Assembly: GCA_043767805.1 (NCBI GenBank)
Contig: JAYUGC010000200.1
Coordinates: forward strand, 1-19,898
Length of the DNA: 19,898 nt
Source: Pseudomonadota bacterium
GTDB taxonomy: Bacteria; Bdellovibrionota; FAC87; UBA2466
Direction of reading: 5' to 3'
Part shown: piece after piece, positions 9,067-16,930 of the stretch
How the letters are laid out: every line of letters begins with the position of its first letter
Position numbering within the stretch: position 1 is the stretch's first letter
Notes under the pieces: generated by a model
The model's input: only the letters and a program-made list of their open reading frames with translations
Told to the model about the DNA's origin: nothing
The model's database searches: none
Position numbers and translations under genes: made by a program

Positions 9067-9708
9067 ATGCAGATTACGAAGCACCTCAGGTCCCAGCACA
9101 ACATCCTGAACCTGCCCAACTGCCTGACCATTTTCCGCATTTTGCTGATCCCGTTCATGGCGGTGCTACTCGAGATCGATGCCGAGCAGCCGCCTTTCGA
9201 GCTGGACACCATGTTCCGTTTTTCGCCGGGAAGGCTCGCGGCGTTCGTGGTGGTGATCGCGGGAATCACCGATCTCCTGGATGGTTATTTCGCCCGCCTT
9301 TGGAAGATTGAAAGCTTGCTCGGCAAGTTTCTCGATCCCATCGCGGACAAGGTTTTTCTCCTGGTCGGGCTCGTGATGTTGATGAAGCTCGAGCGCGTGC
9401 CGGCCTGGCTCGTGATTCTTTTGCTCTCGCGGGAATTTCTGATTACCGCCTTGAGGGGCGTCGCCATCGGGGAAGGGCTCGTGATTACCGCGGGCCAGGC
9501 AGGAAAATGGAAGCTGACGTTTCAGCTGACTGGCTTGGGATTTCTGATGTGGTACGGGAGTGCGTTCGGCGTTCAGGCCCATCGCATCGGGATCTACATC
9601 TTGTACGTGGCGCTCGGAGTCTCGCTTATCTCGGGCTACAACTATCTGAGCGATTTTCTGACGGCGCTCAATAAGAAGAACAAGGACCTCGCGGGTCCTG
9701 GCGCGTAG
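9067..9708 (+). CDS. pgsA: CDP-diacylglycerol--glycerol-3-phosphate 3-phosphatidyltransferase
   Basis: NLPNCLTIFRILLIP, CDP-alcohol phosphotransferase motif TDLLDGYFAR...GKFLDPIADK, REFLITALR and GKWKLTFQ. Confidence 0.93.
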   Translation: MQITKHLRSQHNILNLPNCLTIFRILLIPFMAVLLEIDAEQPPFELDTMFRFSPGRLAAFVVVIAGITDLLDGYFARLWKIESLLGKFLDPIADKVFLLVGLVMLMKLERVPAWLVILLLSREFLITALRGVAIGEGLVITAGQAGKWKLTFQLTGLGFLMWYGSAFGVQAHRIGIYILYVALGVSLISGYNYLSDFLTALNKKNKDLAGPGA

Positions 9709-10822
9709 GCTTGCCGCGTCCGGGAGGATAAACGTTTTCGTGCGCTACCTGCCTGTTTCGGCGCCAGGCCGCGATCGGGACTTCCACGAGTTTCGCCATG
9801 AGCGTTCCCGCTACCAGCGCGGAGGCGAGGTAGATGGCTTGTTTTTCGGGCCAGGAAAAGCCTTGCTGAAGGAGGATCATCGGCCAGCGTTGCATGGCCA
9901 TATGCCACAAATAGATCGAATAGGAGTAGGCGCCTAGCTTGCCGAGACTCCGGAACGCGCGGTGCTTGGGAGGCTCACACAAAAGCGCTCCCGCGAGAAG
10001 GATCGCCGCGCCGAGGCCAAATTGGGAGCAGCGAAACGTGAACCGGTAAAAAGCGGTAGCCAGGTTCGGAAAGGTAATCGTCGTGAGAAGGAGCTCCGCT
10101 CCGAGGAATAGAAGAAGATGACGTATGGGATGCGCCCAGCGCCGGAAAGTCTCTCCGTCAAAGTGAAAGAGATAACCAAGGATGACCCCGTAAAACGGAG
10201 CGTCTAGCCGGAAGTGAGTGTTAAAGGCGTGGAGAGGCTTAGCGTGTTCCGGCTGGGCGAGGATGGCCGCCATGCGAATGAAGGGCACCGCCAAACAAAC
10301 GGCGGTGGCGAGCCAGGGAATGGCGCGAAACGGGTTGGTGGCGCCGGGGTTTCTTTTTATCAGAGCTTCGAGGACTAGCGGAAAAAACAGATAGAAATGC
10401 ACTTCAACGGCGAGCGTCCAAGTGTGATTCCAAAGTGCCGCTCCATACCCTTGAAAGAAAAATAGCTCGTTCAAGACGGGGCCTTGCTCGACGCTTCCCT
10501 GTTGCTGATGCCAAACCCCACAGGTGACGGCGATCAGGAGATAGAACGGCGGGATTATTTTCAAAGCCCGTCTCCCGTAAAACCGGAAGAGAGAGATTTT
10601 GCCGGACCGCCGATACTCGTCGAAGAGGATTGTGGAGATGAGAAATCCGCTCAGGACGAAGAATAAGTCCACGCCCGTCGCTCCGATGAGTGACCAACCC
10701 TCGAAGAACGGCCTCAGAGGCGAGTGCCACCCTTTGGGTAGGATCTCCAAATGGCAGCCGAGGACGAGCGTTACCGCTAGAAAACGGATGAGATCCAGCG
10801 TCAGGAGCCGAGGTCGATTCAT
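9668..10822 (-). CDS. Acyltransferase-3 family (OafA-like) membrane O-acyltransferase
   Basis: LDLIRFLAV, GVDLFFVLSGFLI, FYGRRALKIIPPFY, HTWTLAVEVHFYLFFP, LGAYSYSIYLWH and LVEVP. Confidence 0.92.
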   Translation of the reverse strand: MNRPRLLTLDLIRFLAVTLVLGCHLEILPKGWHSPLRPFFEGWSLIGATGVDLFFVLSGFLISTILFDEYRRSGKISLFRFYGRRALKIIPPFYLLIAVTCGVWHQQQGSVEQGPVLNELFFFQGYGAALWNHTWTLAVEVHFYLFFPLVLEALIKRNPGATNPFRAIPWLATAVCLAVPFIRMAAILAQPEHAKPLHAFNTHFRLDAPFYGVILGYLFHFDGETFRRWAHPIRHLLLFLGAELLLTTITFPNLATAFYRFTFRCSQFGLGAAILLAGALLCEPPKHRAFRSLGKLGAYSYSIYLWHMAMQRWPMILLQQGFSWPEKQAIYLASALVAGTLMAKLVEVPIAAWRRNRQVAHENVYPPGRGKPTRQDPRGPCSSY

Positions 10823-13800
10823 TCGATATCCGGAAGATCTCCCTGAGGCCCGCTCGAGCCGCCGCCACCGGCGGAGCCGGCGAGACTGCGCGATTCGTGC
10901 ATGGCTTTTCTGAACTCCATGTCGTTATCGACGGACTGAGTATCGACGAAGTCCTTCAGGATCCGGCCGGCCATGTTGTTTTCCTTGTCCACGTCCATCA
11001 GGAAGTAGCCAAGCGACAAGCGCGCATAAGGATCGTTCTTGAAGCGCTTGGCAAGACCGATGAGGGAATCCTTCGCGCTATCCCATTCCCGGTTCTGCAA
11101 CTGGGCGATGGCGAAGCCGACCTGATTCGAGGCATCGTTGTCTTGCATCTCGAGCGCTTTTTGGAAGTGCTTCTTCGCCTCGAAGCCGTTTCGGTACTTC
11201 AGGGCGATGAAGCCGAGGTTCGAGAGCGCTTCGCGGGGAGCTGGCATCACGACCGCTTCCTGGAAGTACTCGATGGCCTGAGCTTCGTTGCCTTCGAGGA
11301 ACGCGACCACGCCGAGATTGTTCCAGATGGCGGCGTTCTTCGCGCCTCGGGCTACCATGGAAAGCCAGGTTACTTTCGCCGCGGGCAGGTTGCCGCCTTC
11401 GACAAAAGAGAGGCCGAGCAAGTTGTGGAGCGACTCGTTTCGCGGATCCTTCTTCAAGTACTCGAGGATCATGGGGATCGCTTTTTTAGGAGCGAGTACC
11501 CGCATGAGGTTCAAGTAAGCGAAGCTCGTGTCCACTTTCGGATTCGAGGGCCGTTCCGAGTTGAAGGCGGATTTGAGTATTGTCTGACGCTCGTCCGCGA
11601 GCAGACGATAGTTGAGCGAGTTCGGTACCACCGAGACGCCCTCGTTTCCGCTTTCGGAAGCGTACAGGCTCGGAATGTCGCTCGCCGCCACTTGGCGCTC
11701 GGCGTCCCCGCCTTTGAAGAGCAAGCTCGAATAGAACGGATAGGCGTACTGTTTCACGTCGCCCATCGGAACCTTCGAGGCTTTCTCCTTGGGCTCCATC
11801 AGCGCCGTGCGCATCGGAGGCAGGAAGAACGTGCGAACCAAGGGGTAGCGATCGTTCTTCAGCTCTCCGGCGAGCGAGTAGCAGCGAGGCGTCCAATTGG
11901 AGAGGAGGTTCAGCTCCTGAGCCTTGTCCAGACAAGCTTCGGCGAGAGCGAGCGCCTTCTCGTTGAAGGGCACGATCATCTCTTTATTGAGCTCGTTGCG
12001 ATAAATCTCGAGTTGCTCTCCGGTAAGCTCGCCGGGAACCGGCGCGGCGAGAATGGTGCGCGCCATGTGGCGGTACGCATCGGCGGTGCGGAAGATGGCC
12101 GCGAGACCCCATTCGCCGGAGCCGATTTTCGCGATCTGGTTATATTCTTTTTCGAGCTCCTTGATGAGCTTCAGCTTTCTTTGCAGATTCGCTTCGAGCT
12201 GAGCCTGGGGAAGGGCGAGCTTCATGTTCCGGAAACCCAAGTCCTTCTGATAGGTGACCCAGAACATGAGCTTGGCGAGCGTCTCGGCACCTTTGGGCGT
12301 CGAGGCAATCGCCTTCTCGTTTTTCTGCGCCACCTTCATCGCTTCGTTGATGAACTGAGGCGGCATGCGGCCGCCGCTCTTCGCGCCTTGGAGCTCCCCG
12401 ATCTTTACGGTGTAGGAGAGATAGTCGGCAAACGATACGCCACGCTGAGAGCGCGCCTCGAGATAGAACTTCACCATTTTCGCGGTGGCGCCCTCCGACT
12501 CATAGAGATCGAGTAGGTCGCGTTCCACGAGTTTCTTGTCCGAAGGATAAGCGCGCAGGGAATGCCTCATCACGCTTTCCGCTTTGGGAGCGCTTCCGGC
12601 GCCCCAGTAATAGAGGCCGGCCAGGCGAAGCGCGTTCTTGGCTTGCTTGTTGTTCGGGTAAGTCGTGGCGAGCTTTTCGAAGTAGAACGCAGCCTTGTCG
12701 AAGAGAGCCAGCGACTCATAGGTGGCCGCGACTTGGAGGAGCAGGTTCTCGGTCAGGTTGCTCTTCGGGAAGCGGCGAAGGAAACGCTCCTGGGTCTCCA
12801 CCGCGGCCATGAGGTTATCGGCTTTGGTGAAGTTGACGGACGCGTTGTAGAGCGCTTTCTCAAAGAGGTTTTCGTCTTGAGAGCCATAAGCTTTGGTGTA
12901 CTCGACGTACTCATCCGCCGCTTGCTGGAACGCGCCTTTTTCTTCGACGACCTGGATGCGCTTCAATTCCGCGTGACGGAGCACGTCGGATATTTCATCC
13001 GAGAATTTCTTTTTGCTGGTGAGCTCCGGCGTTTTCATGAACTTCTTGCAAGCCGCGATGAGCTTCGGGAAGTCCTTCCTGCGATTCAAGATGTCCAAGA
13101 TGAGGTAGGCGGAGGTTATCGCGGTCTCGTGCTTGGGATAGGTCTGAACGAGAGTCCAGAACGCCTTGTACGCGGGCACTAGCTCGTGGTGATCGTAACG
13201 CAAGTAGGCCTGGGAATAGGCAACGTCCGGCGCGTCCTTCTGCTTGGCGAAGGTCGTCAGGTACTCGGTCGAGATTTCCAGGAACTTGTTCTCCACCGTG
13301 GAATAAGGCTTCAGCTGAAGATCCTCGTCTTCCTTGGCCTTCAGTTTACCGGTTGATTTGGTGCTAATCGCCGCGAGTCCCGCTTTCTTGCGGTCTTGAT
13401 TGAGCTGCCGATCGAGGGAGTTCAAGGCGTAGCGAATGGAATCCAGGCGCAAGGAGCCCGCCGACGGATCCTTGTAGACGGCCCAGTACTGAGTCGCAGC
13501 GTTCGTGAAATCTTCCTGCTTGTAGAGAATTTCCGCTAGGTAGAATCGCACTTTCGGGGAGTGCGGCGTGTGCGGGAAGAATTGCAGGTACTTGCTGTAG
13601 AGGCTTCTCGCGACGCTGTAGAGTTCCTTGTTCTTGCCCTTTTGCGCTTCCGCGTGGATCTGGAAGGCGTATTTGCGGGCGGTGTTCTCGAAGAGCTCAG
13701 CGGCTTCGGCGATCACTTTCGGGTTCGCCGCATTGAGCTCGTGCCAGGTGGACTCGGCGAGATAGTTGGGAAGGCGCGCAAAGAGTCTTTGCACGGCCGC

Positions 13801-14904
13801 TTCGCGGTTACCCGCGTTCATGAGCGACTCGATGATGTTGACTTCGTAAGAGGGGTTTTTCGGATGGTTTTGATCCATACCGAGCACCGTCTCGTACATC
13901 GAGATGGCGTGCTTGTGCTGGCCCAGCTCGAAATAGAGGCCGGCCATGGTGGTCACGCCTTGGCGGAAGGTCGTGCCGCCGAACTGGCGGAAATAGGCGA
14001 CGGCGTCGTCAACTATGCGCAAGTCGACGAAGGGAAGGGTAATGTCCTTCAGCGCTTCGTTGCGAATCTTGATCTGAGACTCGCCTTCGTTCTCGGTCTC
14101 GACTTGAATGACCCATTTCAAAAGCTTCAAGGCGGCTTCGGTGTGCTGCTGATTGTATTGGCACCAGGCTTTTTTGTAGGTGGCGTAGGGGAGCAGCGGG
14201 CGGAACTTACGCGCGATGAGCTTGTCGTAGTAGCCTTCGGCCACGGTGTGCTGATTGTTTTCGAAGTAGTGATCGCCCAATTGGATGAGCGAATCGTTCA
14301 CGTACTTGGAGTTCGGCGCTTCCACGGAAAGGCGCTGGAAATAGCTCATGCCTTCCTGGGTTTTCCCTCGATCGAGAGAGGCCATGGCAAGGAAGTAGAG
14401 CATTTCGTCGCGGCGCGGGTGTTTCGGATAGCGCGAGACTAAGTCTTTATAAATGACGCGCGCTTTTTCGAGGGAAACGACGGCTTCGGAGTTGTCGAAC
14501 TTGGGCGCCTTGATCTTGCCGTTCTTGCCCTGTTCTTCGAAGGCCTTTTGCTTTTCCTCGAAGCGGCGCTGAGCGCGCGCGAGGTTCGCGTAGTAATCCT
14601 CGAGATAGAGACCGCCCAAGCGAAGGTTGAGCTCGGCCTTTTGGCCGGAATCCTGGGCTTCCAGGATGAAGCGCTTGATGTCCTGGATGAGGCCCTGACG
14701 CTTGCGCGCCAATAGCTCCATCTTCTCGTTGCCCATTTCCTCGCTCTGTTCCCCCGATCCTCGCTCCATCTTGACCCGCTTGCGGATCTTGATGCGGTTT
14801 CGGAGCGACACGTCGTCGCCGCCGGAGGCGGCGGGTGATTGTAGCGCGGAGAAGGAAAAGCAAAGCAGTGCGGTGAGTAAGCTCAGGCTTCGAATGCGGC
14901 TCAT
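10819..14904 (-). CDS. Large exported TPR protein, GltD/AgmU-like, with an extra C-terminal GltE/AglT-like TPR region
   Basis: Signal peptide and many TPRs. The segment SGEWGLAAIFRTADAY...APVPGELTGEQLEIYRNEL...PFNEKA...NWT...RYP resembles the AgmU-family C-terminus. It is followed by NNLGVV...NLGFIALKYRN TPRs. Confidence 0.75.
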   Translation of the reverse strand: MSRIRSLSLLTALLCFSFSALQSPAASGGDDVSLRNRIKIRKRVKMERGSGEQSEEMGNEKMELLARKRQGLIQDIKRFILEAQDSGQKAELNLRLGGLYLEDYYANLARAQRRFEEKQKAFEEQGKNGKIKAPKFDNSEAVVSLEKARVIYKDLVSRYPKHPRRDEMLYFLAMASLDRGKTQEGMSYFQRLSVEAPNSKYVNDSLIQLGDHYFENNQHTVAEGYYDKLIARKFRPLLPYATYKKAWCQYNQQHTEAALKLLKWVIQVETENEGESQIKIRNEALKDITLPFVDLRIVDDAVAYFRQFGGTTFRQGVTTMAGLYFELGQHKHAISMYETVLGMDQNHPKNPSYEVNIIESLMNAGNREAAVQRLFARLPNYLAESTWHELNAANPKVIAEAAELFENTARKYAFQIHAEAQKGKNKELYSVARSLYSKYLQFFPHTPHSPKVRFYLAEILYKQEDFTNAATQYWAVYKDPSAGSLRLDSIRYALNSLDRQLNQDRKKAGLAAISTKSTGKLKAKEDEDLQLKPYSTVENKFLEISTEYLTTFAKQKDAPDVAYSQAYLRYDHHELVPAYKAFWTLVQTYPKHETAITSAYLILDILNRRKDFPKLIAACKKFMKTPELTSKKKFSDEISDVLRHAELKRIQVVEEKGAFQQAADEYVEYTKAYGSQDENLFEKALYNASVNFTKADNLMAAVETQERFLRRFPKSNLTENLLLQVAATYESLALFDKAAFYFEKLATTYPNNKQAKNALRLAGLYYWGAGSAPKAESVMRHSLRAYPSDKKLVERDLLDLYESEGATAKMVKFYLEARSQRGVSFADYLSYTVKIGELQGAKSGGRMPPQFINEAMKVAQKNEKAIASTPKGAETLAKLMFWVTYQKDLGFRNMKLALPQAQLEANLQRKLKLIKELEKEYNQIAKIGSGEWGLAAIFRTADAYRHMARTILAAPVPGELTGEQLEIYRNELNKEMIVPFNEKALALAEACLDKAQELNLLSNWTPRCYSLAGELKNDRYPLVRTFFLPPMRTALMEPKEKASKVPMGDVKQYAYPFYSSLLFKGGDAERQVAASDIPSLYASESGNEGVSVVPNSLNYRLLADERQTILKSAFNSERPSNPKVDTSFAYLNLMRVLAPKKAIPMILEYLKKDPRNESLHNLLGLSFVEGGNLPAAKVTWLSMVARGAKNAAIWNNLGVVAFLEGNEAQAIEYFQEAVVMPAPREALSNLGFIALKYRNGFEAKKHFQKALEMQDNDASNQVGFAIAQLQNREWDSAKDSLIGLAKRFKNDPYARLSLGYFLMDVDKENNMAGRILKDFVDTQSVDNDMEFRKAMHESRSLAGSAGGGGSSGPQGDLPDIE

Positions 14905-14983
14905 CTGGAGTCCCCAATCCGCAATCTCGAAGACGCTGCCGTACCTCTTACATGCTTATTCAGGCGAGGTCTAAGCGAGATTG

Positions 14984-15376
14984 CTAGACGACCTTTAAGG
15001 CCGTCTCCATTCTTGTTTCGAAGACGCAGTTTTGAATCACTTCCCGAGCCTTGCTCGAGATAGAAGTGAATTCTACCGCGACTCCGCGACGTCCGTCCTT
15101 TTCGATCCGAACCACGGTTCCTGTCGCTTGAACCGCAGCGTCGAGCTTAGGGGACTTCACCACCACGCGAACCACCGAGCCCGCCTTGAGCGCGGTAAGG
15201 TCTTCAATGAAGACGCCGCCCGCGCTGATGTTGTTGAGCCTTGCAATGAAGAGCTCAGCATCATCGTGAATGATCACTTCTCCCGGAATGGTGGCGCGTT
15301 GGAAAACGCGTAACCGTTGACCGGGAGAGACTTCGAACTTCGCCGTACCGTTGAGTTTGGGCTGGACTCTAGTCAT
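14984..15376 (-). CDS. Single-domain PilZ protein (putative c-di-GMP receptor)
   Basis: RxxxR (RVFQR) and NxSxxG (NISAGG) motifs, GTVVRIE and GVAVEF; GAGGTG RBS upstream. Confidence 0.9.
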   Translation of the reverse strand: MTRVQPKLNGTAKFEVSPGQRLRVFQRATIPGEVIIHDDAELFIARLNNISAGGVFIEDLTALKAGSVVRVVVKSPKLDAAVQATGTVVRIEKDGRRGVAVEFTSISSKAREVIQNCVFETRMETALKVV

Positions 15377-15415
15377 AAGGCACCTCGCCTTGGGTGAAAG
15401 AGTGAATCCAAACTC

Positions 15416-15445
15416 AGTGTACGTTTTTTAGTAGCGTAGCGTCAA
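15416..15445 (-). promoter_or_regulatory. Putative sigma70 promoter of the PilZ gene
   Basis: Minus strand TTGACG-N18-TACACT, 40 nt upstream of the ATG. Confidence 0.6.
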
Positions 15446-15583
15446 AGTCCCCTAGGCCCGAAGGATCCGTCCGAAACGCCGTGATATCGACGAGTTAAAA
15501 TTGCGAAGATCATGTTGCGAGTAAAACCAAGTTGTTGAATTCCATCACGTCATCGCGGACTTCTTCGAGTCTATCTGACATCC

Positions 15584-15611
15584 GTATCGACGGTTTGAGT
15601 ACATATCTTGA
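15584..15611 (-). promoter_or_regulatory. Putative sigma28 (FliA)-like promoter facing the PilZ gene
   Basis: Minus strand TCAAG-N15-GTCGATAC, resembling the TAAA-N15-GCCGATAA consensus. Confidence 0.45.
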
Positions 15612-15868
15612 GGCGCCGCAGAATTACCGCCTCCTTATAGGCCCATGCGCGTAAGCGCGAACTCCCCTCCCGCAGCCTGCTTCTAGGCAGGGGGTTAATT
15701 TTCAATGATTACTCGCAATCAACTATGCCGACTGTGTTGTCAGAAATAAGACACTTCAAAAATCGCTTTCGCCACGCACCCGTTACGCTGCCCAAAAAAT
15801 AGACAGTTCTGACTACCCTCCTAACACAACGCTCCGTAAGGGTTAAAGTGGAGGTAGGTGAGGCTGAT

Positions 15869-16888
15869 ATGAAACACACTTTGAAATTATCTTGCACGGC
15901 GGTTTTGGCGGTACTCCTCGGACTCGCGGGTTGTAAAAGCGAGGACACGTTCTACTCGAACGTGATGAGGAGCGACGTCTTCTATCAGCTCTACTCGGAC
16001 TCGAGCTTCGACTTTCTCTGGGTCATGGATAACTCGGGCAGCATGCGCCCGCACCGCGACTTCGTTCGCGACAACCTCCAGACCTTCATCAACATCCTCA
16101 CCAGCCGCAAAGCGGTCGACTACCAGATGGCGGTCGCGGACACGGACGTGTTCTCGCACAACGGTGCGCTAGTGACCGGCACCGGAGGCATCAAAGTCGT
16201 GAAGAGCACGGTCTCGTCCAATCCCATCGCGGACTTCGCGAGCATCATCAACAACGTTTCCGATAGCCCCACGAGCTTCTGGGAACAGGGCATGGAATCG
16301 GCCTATCAAGCGATTTACCAGCACAAGGCGGACTTCTCCCGCCCGGGCGTGCCCTTGGTCGTCGTCGTGATGAGCGACGAAGAAGATTATTCTTGCGCTG
16401 AAAACTGCTTTGGTGTCGAGCCCGAGAACAACACGGACTGGGTTCCGTTTCCGATTGCCCGCTACACGGACTTCCTCAAGAACGTGAAGAAGGCGGAAAA
16501 CACGGACGTGCACTTCTTCCCCATCATCGGCATGCAAGGCCATCCTTGCACGGTGGCGAGCTACGGCGCGCGCTACAATTCGATCGCCTCGGCGATTGAC
16601 GAAGGCGAAAAGGGATCGGCCGTCGGCAAAGTAGGCAGCATCTGCTCGTCCGAGCTCAAAGAAAGCTACGAGAACATCGCGCGCATCATCGGCGACCGCG
16701 GCGCGATTTTCCACCTTTCTTCGAGGGCGAGCGGCAGCGGCATCAACATCTTCGTGGATGGCGTGCTCATTCCGTATGCGCCCGAGAATTACCTTTTCGA
16801 TGTCGAAACGAACTCGATTGTATTCACCGGTGCCGTGCCTAAGAAGGGGTCCATCATCGAAGTGACGTACGCGGAAAAAGTGAACTGA
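15869..16888 (+). CDS. VWA (MIDAS) domain lipoprotein with C-terminal small beta-sandwich domain
   Basis: Lipobox LAG-C, DFLWVMDNSGSM (DxSxS), EQGMESAY, LVVVVMSDEED, and C-terminal INIFVDG...NSIVF...PKKGSIIEVTY. GAGG precedes ATG 15869. Confidence 0.85.
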   Translation: MKHTLKLSCTAVLAVLLGLAGCKSEDTFYSNVMRSDVFYQLYSDSSFDFLWVMDNSGSMRPHRDFVRDNLQTFINILTSRKAVDYQMAVADTDVFSHNGALVTGTGGIKVVKSTVSSNPIADFASIINNVSDSPTSFWEQGMESAYQAIYQHKADFSRPGVPLVVVVMSDEEDYSCAENCFGVEPENNTDWVPFPIARYTDFLKNVKKAENTDVHFFPIIGMQGHPCTVASYGARYNSIASAIDEGEKGSAVGKVGSICSSELKESYENIARIIGDRGAIFHLSSRASGSGINIFVDGVLIPYAPENYLFDVETNSIVFTGAVPKKGSIIEVTYAEKVN

Positions 16889-16930
16889 GAGCCAATCGCC
16901 GAGTAGGTGAGTGGTGACCGGGAGGGACGT

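Noticed and set aside
10897..14442. Long plus-strand ORFs (539, 206 and 293 aa) opposite the TPR gene
   Set aside because: Typical antisense ORFs of a high-GC gene, with no recognisable motifs.
15510..15581. 23-aa minus-strand ORF MSDRLEEVRDDVMEFNNLVLLAT
   Set aside because: No RBS, and its ATG abuts the putative sigma28 -10 element; likely chance.
15377..15868. c-di-GMP-I (GEMM) riboswitch near the PilZ gene
   Set aside because: A GNRA hairpin exists, but the GGCAAA...GACGCAAAGC signature is absent on both strands.
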